Source: Pocillopora damicornis (Eukaryota). From it: a DNA stretch of 64,000 nucleotides. Below the pieces are notes generated by a model. The model saw only the letters and a program-made list of their open reading frames with translations. It did no database searches and was not told the DNA's origin. A program made the translations under genes and the position numbers. The stretch covers positions 62,001 through 126,000 of the forward strand of contig NW_020846150.1 in the NCBI RefSeq assembly GCF_003704095.1. Reading direction: 5' to 3'. Numbering within the stretch: position 1 is the stretch's first letter; each line of letters begins with the position of its first letter. Of this stretch, positions 12,401 through 25,812 are shown piece by piece.

Positions 12401-15400
12401 GAGCCAAACCTTACCAACAATCTACTAATCAAAACAAACGATTGAACATTCAATCAAGTTAATAAATATTCCTGGTCTTGAAAATAGCTTAGCAACGAAA
12501 AGTGACCAAACAGGGGAGTAACATAAAAATTATTAACCCACTGAAGATACCAAACTTACATATCTTTGAATAAACTTTGTGAGGTAGGTATTCCAGATAT
12601 CAAACACATTCGGCCACTTGAACATCGACACTCCCCGCTCATATATCTAACAACACAAAAAAACCACAAGTATTATTTTGTCGTATAATTTGCAAGATAC
12701 TTGTACGTCGTTTATAATACGTGTGCCTGGACTGTTTCACTAAAACACTCAAATAAAGCTTGATAAGGCCAAGAACCTTGAAGGATTACGAACGCGCTTA
12801 TAGGATTTAGCGTATGAACTTACCCATTGAGAAAACTTCCCATAGCTATTCAAAGTTCCTATCTTAAAAGTTTGGGAAAATACCTTGCCGTGCAGGGAGT
12901 TAGAATTTATTGTAAACACAGATTTAAAAAAGACTACTTCATGACGTATTCGCTGGCCAGCCTTCTTTTTAATTCTCATGACAGTTGTTTGTTCGATTCA
13001 AATTCTTTTTACCTCTTCGCACGAAACGTCAAAGAAATGTGACCAGCCCGTCGAGTTTTACTGACCTTGAAAGCTTCCTCAAAGTAGCGATGTTCCTCAA
13101 GAAACGTACCAAAGTTGATAATAATCTGAGGAGTTGCTATCCGCAGATCTAGAATGCGATTATACACAGCTTTGGTGGACTGAAAACATGTACAAATAAT
13201 AAAAAAAAAGGTTTGAGAAACGTAATAAAACAGGCATCTTGAGACATCTCAAGCAAGCTTTCACATGGAAAAAAAAATAAATAAAAAAAAAGGTTTGAAA
13301 ATCAAATGCACATGATAGTTGTTTGAATTGCTAACAACCTTTACGTATACAGCTTTCTCGACACTGGTTAAAAAAGCGAATCGAATGAGTAAATGCGTAA
13401 GCTTGGTTGTCGAACGAGGAAATATTTGATTTTATTAGCTGCACGTGCGTTTGCATCAGCAGTTACACATACGTCTGTAATTGTATCGCACGTGTGATAC
13501 GCTTTACAACTTTATCTAACAAGATCGATAGAAACTAGACGTTGCCATGGTCACCTGAAATGTGCCCAGGCTCTCCTCCAAGTCTGCATACATGGACCAC
13601 AATTTCAGTGACTTGTAGACTCGTTTTTGAACAGTTTCACTCTAGTAAATAACAAATAAAGAAATAACAAATTAGTTTTTAATGATAAAGTTTTACTGGC
13701 ACATTACACTCTGACGTGCTGAGCCACTCACCTCATCATAGTAATCAGTTTTAGTTGAAGGCATGGCTGTAGCTCGTCTCATCAGATTAAGGGCTTGCTG
13801 ATAATTTCTTCAAGTTGTTGTTAAAAACCAAAAGAAAAATGTGTTAGACTAAAACTGAAGAATAGACACTGTTAGCCAAATGTGGCAAGAAGAGGCTTTC
13901 AAACGAATACCTTGCAAAAGCATGACAGCAAGGCTGGACACTGGTAAATAACACGTTAGTCGTTAAAATAGATTTAAAATCGCTACTTTATGGTTGTTGC
14001 GTTTTGAAAAATCTAACCTACCTTTGTCAGGTTCGATATTTAATCCAAAGTGTTCTATCCCATCCTCAACCATCTTTGTACTTTACTACTCCCTCTTTTG
14101 TGTTTTTTGTACGTTACCAATGAAACTAATAGTTTCCTTTAAGTTGTAGGCTGTCTTATACAAAGCACAAATATTGTGATGAACACAACCAATTTGTTAT
14201 GTACTCAACGGTTTTTCTTAAGGGGATTAGCCGTTTTTCTTGAATGGAGCCCACAAAATTTGAATCCTTCTGGTATTTTCCCTCTAAGATGGCAACAATA
14301 CCACAACCTTTTGGATTTCAAGGTTTATGCAAAGGCTGCAGGGAAAAACAATATTAGAATTCGGAATCCTGCCATCTTAAGGCTAAAAACTCCCTTAAAA
14401 TAGAATCAATGGTCGTTTGTTTGTAATTGGTCTGCTTTATAATTAGTTGATGAGCTTATATAAAACACATTTTTATTCACACAATTAACATAGCATCTAG
14501 TGCAAACCCTCCAAAGTTAAAATGTGTTGGAAGCAATTTCCAACCTCTTTTGAACATTTTTTTCTATTTCCACTCTAAAAACCATACTTACTCATGTCTG
14601 ATTTCCATCTCACTAAACTCACACCACACACTCGCCAAATCATCCACCTTGCGGTAATTCACTTTAGTAGCCTTGTCAAATATAACTCGTGCCTCAGCCA
14701 GTTGACCATGCTGCTCGTAGAACTTAGCAAACTCCACCCACAGGGTGTGGGGTTTGCCGGATGCTAGCTTTGGCTCCACTGTCTGTACAGCCTCTGTGTA
14801 AGTGTTGATGATCTCTTTGGGTTTTGCCTCATACAGTTTAACTCTTTTGTGCCATTCATGGACATTGTGAGGGTTTTGATGTAAAAGGACACTAAGACAA
14901 AGTATAAAACGGGAAAATACTCAGAGTGATAACCACAAAGAAAATACATCCATACGAACAATATACAGCCATACATTTGTATGTTTTACCATTCCAAGCA
15001 AATGTCACATGTGAGAGGGTTTGAAAAAGTCTTACAGTTCAAAGTGATGGGAAAATAAATTCCATGTTCTTCACAGGGAAGTTTTGCTAGTATTGATAGC
15101 AAATCAGGCTTTTTATCAATTAATCTTGCCCAAGAGTAACACACTGAAAGCTAAACTGTGAGAGAAAAAATGCATATGATGCTCAAAAAAGAGAAAGACC
15201 AATGAGTTATGGATGATAATCACTGAAAAACTGTCAAAAATATCCATCAAAAAAATACTGTTCAACCATCATGGAGAGAACTTCCAGACAAAACTTACTT
15301 CTTCTCTCAAAAATGCATGTTTGTGCACACTCAAGGTTACCTTTATCACATACCTGCTCAGTAACAGTGGCCTTCTGTCCATCAAATGTTCAAATCTTGC

Positions 15401-18400
15401 CATTCTAAGTTCCAAGTCAATGTCATCTGATTATGAAGACAAGGAGGCCATGATAATTTAAGGTAGAAATTAAATAGCAAGTATTAGCTACATGTTTATG
15501 TTAATCTCACTTGCAGTAACAAATACCCTACACAATAACAATATCATTGTACCTTCTTCACTAGGACCCATCTCTGATGTTGTTTCCATCTTGGCACTGA
15601 TCATACTTTCCTCAAACTGTGCATAGGCATCAAAAACCTAAACAATCAATAACTACATAAATCAAAAGTCAATCTCGTAGGTCATTAGACCATTGTGGGG
15701 AATTAGGTCAAAAACAACTCTTTGTCTATTCTCTCCAAAACATTCTACAAATATCCATGTGTAAGTTGTAAGTGAAGAATGGAACATCAAATTCAGTCTA
15801 CAGTACAAGTCACTATCTCCAACACATTTCAAGGGTGGAACAATGAAGTGAAAACAGGAGATGAGCAGTGCTGTTGACAGAAAACTACAGGTTGGAATGA
15901 TGTGCAGTACCTGACCAAAGTCTCTAACAGTCATAACTGTTTGAATAGCTTCCTCATAAACATCTCGCGCCTGAAAAAAAAAAAGATATCCAAATTACAC
16001 TGTCAAATATCTTGACAGGTAGGTTTACAAAGTACATATTTTTAATTTAATGCTTTCATAAAAGAATTTGTGTAGTAATCTAAATTTTTTTGTTTTAACT
16101 GTTTACAATTTTTCACATTTGTTTCATCATAATTTCTTGTTTCCTTGTGTACTTGTTATCATGTAACAAATATAATGTTTTAACATAATACATTACAAAT
16201 TCTTGAAAAAAAAAAAAAAAAAAAAACCAATAGCACAGGCTTCACCTTTTCAAAGTGCCCACTTCTTATAAAAAAATCAGCCAGTGAATTCCAAAGCTGT
16301 CCCAAGCTGTCGGAAAATCGCCGCAAACCTCCACGGATAATGTCAGTGACTTTGAGACTCTTTATCTAGAGATAAAATAGTAATCCATCCCAAGTGTTAT
16401 AGAGAAGAGCCTGATCAGGTCATCCATAGGAGATTTCTTTGAAATCTGGCTACTTAAATTTCCTTACCTTATCAGGGTTCTTAGAGATAAGGTCACAAAG
16501 TTCTTGCCAAAGCTGAAAAAGAAGTAAAATCTCTGGAAACTATTGCAATTGAGAACTAAAACAAATGCTGTTAATGAAATTTTCTCCCAGCTTGATATAG
16601 AGCAAAGGTCTTAAAGTTTGACAACTACCAAGGTCACCAACAAACGCCTAAGTAACCAATCCTATTACATGAAACACACCACTAAATTCCATCTAAACTC
16701 TCTGTACTCTTTGCATAAGCACTGATTGGAAAAATTGAATTTTATTGGAATTATTGTCATTTTGATTGGTTACTTAAAGTTACTATAGTAACAGTCTATC
16801 AAGAGAAACTTGCTAATGTACTACCTTGTGGTTTGATTTTCCTTCCTTAGAAACAAATTTTTCCTGAAAAATACAAGCAAATAAATATTAGTATAATCTG
16901 TTAAAGGGGATAATTTTCTAAAGAAACTATGGTGTTGTGTTGGTGGGGGGTATTCGTGTTGGATAAAATGGTTTTATCAATTAAGTTGCTAATGTAAATA
17001 GGCCCACACAAAGAGTTTCTAAAGTTAATGTTTAGAGCATCATCTCTTTTAAAAGTAGTATAATGGGATTGTGCTATTCAACTACGCTGTATTGTTTTGT
17101 GTCATAAGGTAACATAACTGGTAGCATTGATCAATACCTTGTTAACAATGAAAGCGAGTCGTGTTGCTGCTTCATCCAGCCATCCAACAGACTTCAAATA
17201 ATCAATGTAATCTTCTGTGTTTTCTGGCTCCAACTTTTTTAAACAAAAATTTACAAAATAGATTTCCTCTTTATCTAATTTTAGACTGTCTTTTAACACC
17301 ATACTATATTTTAACCATGATCACAAGCAACAATCTACAGATCACAAGCTAGGAAATTCTAGGAAAGATTCACAGGAGCAACTTAATCTGAGCTAAACAA
17401 GAGGCAAATACATGTACATGTAGAGCAGAATTATAACTATTTTACTGTATTATCAACTTAAAGTGAAAATTTCCTCACCTTATCTCTACCATTTAGCTTG
17501 GACAACACAACATGATTTAAAGCAATACCAAGTCAAATATCAATGAAACCTATCATTGATTTGAAATGAATATTTACTCTGTCCATCATTATTGACCACA
17601 GATATAAAATCTTTCTCTCAGTTGTATAATGTGCAATGTCTTCCTAATTGGCTTAGAAAATCGCATAATTGTTTGAAAGAAGTTGAGTGAACAAACCTTT
17701 AAGTATCTTCGGTAGACTCTGACTGCTGTCTCAGGAATGTGGTACTTGCGAACAAACTTAAGATACAAAGGCCAGATCCGACGGTGTTGTGTTATTGGCA
17801 GTGCCCTCAATGCTCTGTCAAATGTGCGCCTTGTTCTTGTCACTTTACACTGATCCACTAAAAACTGACAATAGTCTATCCAGATCCTTGGCATCTAGCA
17901 ATTGTATAACTATCAGTAAGTATTGACAACACAGTTTCTCTTAGTAGAATTTAAAAGATTCCAGCATTAAAAAGCCACATGAAATAATAAAGGAGTAGGA
18001 AATGTCGTCATCTTGAAATTAAACGACTTTTATATTTTGAAATCTACTTGATATAATAGACAGGAGTAGAAAAAAAAATTCTACAATTCATTTCCTGAAG
18101 CCTTGTGCTGGGGTCTGTTTAATCATTGCATTTTAAATCATCAAAATTGAGCTTTCTACATTTTTCGCTGAAGTTGCTTGAGATTCAGCTTACCACACCT
18201 TATGCATGAAGACAAGAGATCTTTCAAATGCATTGTTTATGTCCTCATAAGCAGGGTCTGTAATAGGCCTGAGGAGAAAATTCAGATATTAAAGTGTTCA
18301 GCTTTTACTTTGCACACACATTTTGAATATATGTTCAATTTGAATGATTTATGTTTGACATGATGAGAATTACTCCTCGATTTCCATTATTTTATCAAAA

Positions 18401-19283
18401 ATATAATTTAAAAAATATTACTACTCCTACGAACCTCCCTCTGACTTGTCTTCTTCTTTCTTTCAAATACAGATACCAGATCTTGTAGCTGAAATATTTT
18501 AGGCAAAAAAATATGATATTTAATTATAATAAACATATTTTACTTTGAAAGTCCCACTAACACATACTTACCACCCTTTTCATATCTCAAGAGCATCTGC
18601 TTGGAGAGCATCCACTATGATATTTTGTTTATCTTTTGATTTAACCACAAGTGGACTATACACACAAGCTCAACCGTACCTTCCAGGAAGTTCTTTAAGA
18701 GATCGCTCATAGAGCAGATTCAGTGCTGTATTGGAGCCCTTTTTGGCCTTGTGCTCAATGTACCTGATCCAGAACTTCACAGAATAAGGACTTCGAATTA
18801 TTTCCTCCTCATAGGGGAGGTCCTCTTCTTCCTGAAGCATAATTTTATGAAAGTGTCAAGAACTATCCCTGGCCAGACATTTCAGGTAAAATTTTTTTCG
18901 AAAGGAAAAAGTTACTTTTAAAAGAAACAAAGACCTAAACACTGATTCACCTGTCCCATGACAATGTTCGTACTTAAATTAGTAGTAATTGGAAGAAAGC
19001 TATCGTAGACTGTTTGTCAAAGTATTCCCCGCGACCATATTTTCTGCTGATCATGAGTTCTCATTACGAAATGTTGTAGCAGGAAATTAGATCAAAGTAA
19101 AAGGAAACTATTCTCCACATCTCCAGCTCAGGCCATCGAAAGTTAGATGGAGAAGTCTCCGATGAACATCCTCTCTTGCCATTGATAAAAGTAACTTGTT
19201 ACATGAAATTTGTGCAGCATTGCTTGTTATGACAAACGTGTTAGGATACTTACTATGATAAGGTTGTTGGATGTCACCGGCAT
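9498..19283 (-). CDS. XAB2: Pre-mRNA splicing factor SYF1/XAB2 (HAT repeats), about 25 exons
   Basis: Exon 1 19283-19254 ([10 protein letters not shown]), then [118 protein letters not shown]. Last exon 9530-9498 ([10 protein letters not shown]). The penultimate exon probably lies in the N-gap at about 9795-9894. Confidence 0.95.
14218..14398. mobile_element. TTAA-flanked MITE-like insert in XAB2 intron
   Basis: ttaaggggattagcc ... ggctaaaaactcccttaa, imperfect terminal inverted repeats bounded by TTAA. Confidence 0.45.
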
Positions 19284-19586
19284 TGTAGGTCTCGAGAATC
19301 AGTTATATCTTTACACGATGTTGATTCCCTAAAAATTTTAAATCATATGGCCAGATCTACCCCGCGGAACTGTCTTCAGTACACAACAAATTCTTCAGAG
19401 ATCGTCGCCATTACGAACATTCTGAGCCAGTAGTGTCAAATAGTAGCGGATGTATTGAAATCAACATGCGTCTCAGCTTCCAGCTCAGTGAAATCACTCG
19501 GTTACCAAGCGAAAGGTTCAGGTTCGGTTCAGATCCTAAAACGAACATTGTGGATAGAACGAGAGGGCTCTAAATTAGCGTTTAGA

Positions 19587-22228
19587 ATGAGTGATTTACC
19601 ACCTGGATGGGAAGAGAAAAAATCTAAGTCTACTGGAAAGACCTACTACTTCAACAGAGGAACAAACGAAAGTCAGTGGGAGAAGCCAGTAGAAAGAGCG
19701 AGTAATCAAGTTCGCGCTTCGCACCTTCTTGTTAAACACACGGAGTCTAGAAGGCCGTCTTCTTGGAAGCAAGAAAGGATAACGCGCTCTAAAGACGAAG
19801 CTTTAGAAATAATTAAAGGTATCATAAAATAAAACTCGGTCCCCTCTTAAAATGGTCGTGACTCTGTCATTGCACGCTTCTAGCAAAGAATTCACAATCT
19901 CGATGGCCTCGATTTTTGGAGATGGCAGCGCCCATTCCCCACCCCACTCTGCCTCGTGGGCAAATGATGAGCAACTTCACGAAAAAATATGGTTGTGTTA
20001 AACAATTAAAACTGGAGAAATACATTTCAATCAAGCTGCTTTCAAGAACTCTCATTTTAGAGTGAGATTATCTGAATGTTTTAGCATATACAGTGCTAGG
20101 GCCAAGTAGAGTTGCATTTAAGAGCAAAGCAACGGACAAGATCCCCGGAACAAAAAGGAGTAAATTCCTTTTTTCTGTGCCCCTGCTCTCCTTTGAAATG
20201 CTTGTATAGTCCATCAAATTTGTGATCCTAGAGTCAAATTTTCTGTCATTGCATAAACAAACATCTTTGGAAAACAATGGCTATGTATCTACTTTTTCTT
20301 TTTGCAAAATTTTGTAGTTTTGACAACCTCATTGTAATGAACCCTTTACATCCTTAATTTTGTCCCTCTCATAAATTTTGTACTAGTGCACTGAACTTAG
20401 CAAAATTTTGTGATTCCTGAGTAGGCAAAACAGGGGATAACACTTCACTTCAACAACAGTAATTGACAAGAATCAGCTTTGTGCCAATCAGCCCAATGAA
20501 GTTCATCAAAGGCTAACATCAACATTGATTAATCAGAACATTTAGTAACCCTTTCCCTCCCCCCCTCCATCTCAAATAAGCAAGCTATGGATGACTGTTA
20601 TTATTGGCTGCATCAATATGGTTTTGTATTCTGACTAAGTTGCTAGTTCTCTCTTGTGTGAGGTCACTTTTATGTGGCAACTACTCCTTGTTATGTCTTA
20701 CAGATTATCGTAAACGGATTACATCAGGAGAAACCACTCTTAAGGAGCTAGCAAGCACAGAGAGTGATTGTAGTAGTGCCAGAAAGGAAGGAGATTTGGG
20801 ATTTTTTGGACCAGGACAAATGCAAAGTAAGACAATACTATTTTTTCTCTCCTATAACTTTAATGTGTTCTCTCTCTTGATGAAATTACTAAGACTTCAC
20901 ATGGTTGGACATAAACACTTCACCAGAGAGAATTTGCTGTTATTATCATGTATTTGAGGTCTGCAATGATGACTTGGATAGAAAAAAAAAGATACTATAG
21001 TTTGAAGCACATCTGCAGTAGTGATTGAAATAAAGCATCCCTAGATACTATATTTCCTGGAATAAGTGCCCAGGTGCTTATTTAAAATTTCTGCTAAAGG
21101 AGGGCACCTATCTAGAGGAGGGCACTTAATTGTAGGGGGTGCTCATTATACTCCTGAAATGATGCCATTGTAGTTCAAGCTTTAAGAGTCATATGTAGAG
21201 TGGCAATAGAAACAGGTTTTTCTCATATCTCAACTATTTAGGAAATGAGGGAGGATTGGGGGGGGGGGGCAGCACTTATTTGAGAGGGGCGCTTGGCTCA
21301 TGGCTTAGGAAGGGGTGCTTATTTGGGGGAGGGCACTTGTTAGTGCATTGGCACCTATTCAAGGAAATATGGTTTACATGTATTGGTGAGAATAGGATTT
21401 GATTTCATAATTGTCCCATGAAACCTGCAGGGTGGCACTCTAACCAATGAGGAGCTAGCCTGCAGGTAATTAAAATCATATATGAATTTGTTGATTTGTT
21501 TATTTTGTTTATTACTGAGAAGTGGGTCTGTTTCTTTCCTTTCAGAACCATTCGAGGAAGCAACGTGAGTATTCTCACTCCTTTAATAAACACAGATTAT
21601 TTTCAAATTTCTGAGAGAGATAAGAATGGCTGATGAGGAATGAAATCTTTCAATAATTCTCTTCTCTTCTCACCAGTAGGTGGTATTTCTTTGTGTTCAG
21701 GTTGAAAGCGATATTGTCAGACTTTCTCCTAGTTTACATACCTCTATCTAAGGTGTTGAGAGAATTCTGGAAAGTCATGCAAACCTGGTATGCATATAGA
21801 TTTCTCTCAAAAATTTTTTTCTGTTGCTTTATTGCTCTATTGCTCATCTGAACACAACTACTGACTGGTGAGAGAGAGTTGCTCATCATCTCCAGTATTT
21901 TAGAAGGCTGATGTGAAGTCTGTCTAAAGATCCCAGATGGAAGGTTTTAGCCTTCCAAGTCATTTGAATCTGGTTTGTTCTAAACTGGTAGAGTTTCAAA
22001 TATATAAAACCCTAGTTTTCAAATAACTTCTCCCTTTAAATGGCATATCATCTATGCTGGTCAGTTTCAGTAAATGGCTATCTCAGAAAGTAATCTGTAT
22101 ATTTTAATTAAATCTTTCAATATTACTCAATCTTTTTTCTTTTTTGCAGGTTTGCCCTAGAAATCAATGAACTGAGTGAACCAGTTTTCACTGACTCAGG
22201 TATTCACTTGATTCTCAGGACGGGATAA
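19587..22228 (+). CDS. PIN1: Peptidyl-prolyl cis-trans isomerase PIN1 (WW + parvulin)
   Basis: Exons 19587-19818, 20704-20826, 21546-21564, 22150-22228. [26 protein letters not shown]; [17 protein letters not shown]; [45 protein letters not shown]. Confidence 0.97.
21046..21373. mobile_element. Decayed MITE with internal GGGCGCTTATT-like subrepeats in PIN1 intron 2
   Basis: tactatatttcctggaataagtgcc ... ggcacctattcaaggaaatatggt inverted termini; repeated gggcactta/ggtgctta units. Confidence 0.6.
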
Positions 22229-23399
22229 AGCAATCACCAAGTCCAAGAACAAAGTTCATATTTAAATAATCATGTAGACTTGCTAATATTACAAGAAAAT
22301 CACTTAACTTTGAAGCTTTCATTTGGCTACTTTTACCTTACATCATAAGTATTGGTTAAAGTTGTGTATGAACTAAAACACAAACAACCAGTTTGGAAAT
22401 CTGCAGTCTAGATGAATAAAAAAGGTAACCATAACATCCACAGGGATGAAAATATTTTGTACATCATGTTTAAGGATAGCTCTCTTTTCTAAAACACAAT
22501 TTGATTGTTGAACTTAACATGTCAAAATGATCACTTCTTCAAAGTATTTCTAGCTTTCATTATTATGTTCCAGAAGTGATCATCCTATAATTTTCCTTTT
22601 CACAAGGCAAAAATATAATAAGTAAACTTCCATTAAATTCTAGGTTGCTTTATACCAGTCCATCAGATATATTGAGGTTTTATGCTTACCAGTTCCCACA
22701 GTAGTGTGTAATTTCTGACAGTGGGCTTTTCAAACAAGTTTTGTCACCAAATTCAACCTAATAATAACAGCTAATCAGCACTTGGGTAGATATCATGCTA
22801 AGCCAGTTGAAACTGATGGTAAAACCAGGCAAAATGTGTCTAGTGGTGATTGGTTTTAGTTTTGTAATGGATTAGTAATGTGTATTATCTAAGTTTTCTT
22901 CACAAATTATGGAGCAACATAAACCAAAGGCATGATGATCCTACATAACTTTTGACACCCAATGGGCAATTTTTTTATTGATCTCCTTGTTGTGACTAAC
23001 TAACACTGTGACTACCAGTAACTAATTGATATTAAGCTGATAAAGTAAATGAGAGGCAGAAGAAGTGTAGAATCTTTATTATTAGGAGGATGAATTAAAT
23101 GAGCTTAAAATTACTTCTAGGTGTCAATGAAGTTTATAATAAAAACTACAGTTATTTACATCAAAGTACATGAACTGTAAGGTGCACATCCACCTCTTGA
23201 CCAATATGGAAACAGATATCGATTACGTCACTTTATGGTGATTGAGTGACACCATGAATTCAGTTTGTGGCAGATATTTTTTATTACCTTTAACACCTTT
23301 TTATTACCTTTTATTACCAGCTTAACAAAGCAGAGATGTGATGGTCTGTAATTGTTAGTAGAATACTAGAACTAGTTCAATAAGTGTAGCCTTAAGAAT

Positions 23400-25028
23400 T
23401 CATATTCTAGAGTAACTCAGATGTTCTGTTCTAGTTTTTTTTNNNNNNNNNNNNNNNNNNNNNNNNNNNNNNNNNNNNNNNNNNNNNNNNNNNNNNNNNN
23501 NNNNNNNNNNNNNNNNNNNNNNNNNNNNNNNNNNNNNNNNNNATGGATCTTCTTCATTTTCTGTATCTTTATCTGCTCCTCCTGTTTTAGTTTCTTTCAA
23601 TTTCTCTTTGTCATCAGATTCTGTTTTTTGACGTTTGGATTCTGGTTCTGGTTCAGATGCAGTATCACTCTTCTTTCGTTTTGATTCAGCTGCTGCTTCC
23701 TTTTTACCTTTTTGTTCCTTTCTGAACACTATAAGGCAAAAAACACAAACTCAGAAAACATCACAGGTAAAAATTTACACATTTCAAACAACTACAACAT
23801 GAGTTGATAACAAGAGCAGGGAATTAATGGAAGACATTTATTATCATGAATGCCATCCAAGAGTAATACACAAATAAATTCTTAAATCCTAGATTTTCAT
23901 GGTTCACACAGACTGAAGAAAATTTACTCATAAAAAAGATAAGTAAACTTTTTATACAGCTCAAGCAGTTTGTCCACCAGAGTTAATCTCTGTTCCTGTG
24001 CAATAAATGGCTTTGACACAATATTCTCCTCTGGATGAAGTGCTGGTCCACTATAGATTACCCCCACTGTTTAAAGAATTCCTTAGTAATACGGTATTCC
24101 AAATCTAGTTTAGATTTTCCTTTTCATGTCAATTGATGTTTAAACCAATTAATTGCTTTTTTTTCTTTGTTTGTGATAATTTTTCTCTCTTCAGTTAAAC
24201 AAAAAAGCAACAAAGAAACATCCATAGCAGAAATCTTCCAATTCTCAGGTGTTTAAAATAAAAATTAAAGAAGCACTCACAAGCTAAGCTTTCTTTAAGA
24301 GGTTGAATGAACTGCTCAAATTCCATTTCCTCTAAAGCTTCAAATACATCAGGTGCAGTTAATGTCTTCCTCTTCTGTTTTTGTGCAAAGTTATTTGCAC
24401 TAAGATGAAACAGAAAAAATCAACATTAAAAAAAATTGGTAGTTTTTAACCAAGCTTAGACTTTTTAACTCTTTGTATTATTGGTACATACACCTCGCAA
24501 ATATTCTCCATAAAGAAACATATGGCAAAAGTATTTATACAGGAGTGAAAATAATCACAGGCTGATGCAAGTAATATTAAATGCACCAAACTAATCAGAT
24601 TTGATCAGTGTTAGTTCTATACCAGTTTTCTGGAAGTTAACCGCATGACGAAATCTGCAAAGCTCTCAACCCTCCCACTTTCTTTTCTATGCCCTCAAAA
24701 AAAAAATTTAGAATAACTTAGACTTATTACACACCATGATGTAGCATAAAGAACAAAGACGCTGGCAGCTTTTCCTATGGCAGTTCTGGCTTCTTTGGAT
24801 ATGTTAACATTTTCAGGGAGCTGGAACAGAGAGAAGCTCATTAGTTTTCAATCTAGGAAAGTGCGATCACTTTCGCATCGCTTTCAGCTATTTTCAGATT
24901 TTAGCAAAGTAGTTGCCACTGAAAATGTCCCACATTATAATGTTTAAGGTTAATAATCTTACAGCATCTTTTGCCAGGCGTGAAATAACTGCGTTAGGAA
25001 GATTCAAATCTTCTGGTTTCTCTGCCAT
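23400..25028 (-). CDS. POLE3: DNA polymerase epsilon subunit 3 / CHRAC17 (histone fold)
   Basis: Exons 25028-24963, about 24821-24735, about 24399-24281, and 23728 into the gap. [96 protein letters not shown]. The C-terminus is interrupted by an N-gap, so the stop position is uncertain. Confidence 0.92.
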
Positions 25029-25289
25029 TGTTCAAAGTTCTGAAAAAGAACACAATCGCGAGACATCAACAACGCTATCGTCTAATAAAGGGCTAGTCTA
25101 AAATTTACAGCTACTTGGATCAACAAATCTCATCCCTTTGACACCGTCAGAATCGTATTATATTTCAACAAGTAACTCGACAGAAACTTGGTAATTCCGA
25201 AAAAAACTGATAAATTCAGGTATCATTAATTCGGCTCAAAAAGGGTCACGAGCCTTGAATTTCCTTACAGATCAGAATCCCACTTGCAA

Positions 25290-25530
25290 ATCCTTCTCTC
25301 TCTCTTCTTCGCTTTTCCCGCGAATCTTAAACCTCGAGACTGCAGCCACAAATTGATACTTGATCCCATTGGCTTAACTCGAACAGATGTGCCCAATGAA
25401 AATTCTTCTTATATATATATATAAGAGAGCCCGTGGCATCGTAATTTTGTCATCCAGCGGGTATTAAAACATGCGTGGAGTCTGCGCCAATTGAGCGTGT
25501 CCAATCCGTTCTCTTCCTTCCCTTCCCAGC
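25290..25530. promoter_or_regulatory. Putative bidirectional promoter POLE3/CSNK2B
   Basis: Perfect 20-bp palindrome TCTTATATATATATATAAGA (25407-25426), with CCAAT boxes at 25368 (-), 25393, 25487 and 25501, between divergent genes that each appear to have a 5'UTR intron. Confidence 0.55.
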
Positions 25531-25812
25531 TCCATCTCTATACAGTATTTGTGTCAATATTCACTTTAGAATCTGTCTTTTCTTGATGATAATCGGTGAC
25601 GGCTGGTATTTTTGAGACCGGTGATAATTTAAATCTCCTCTAGGTAGGCAACCTCTTAAATTAGCTATGCCAAAAACTACTGTTTATTATTTCATTTCTA
25701 TAAAAATAGAGTCCCAAACTTGTTTTAATAGATCATCTCTAACATTTTCATCTTTCAGTATCTGGAATTAACTCAAGCATTCTCCTCGAACTTGAACAAC
25801 AGAGGAAATAAC

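Noticed and set aside
20963-21030. C/D box snoRNA candidate (ATGATGA...GTGA) in PIN1 intron
   Set aside because: No CTGA D box and no recognisable rRNA complementarity.
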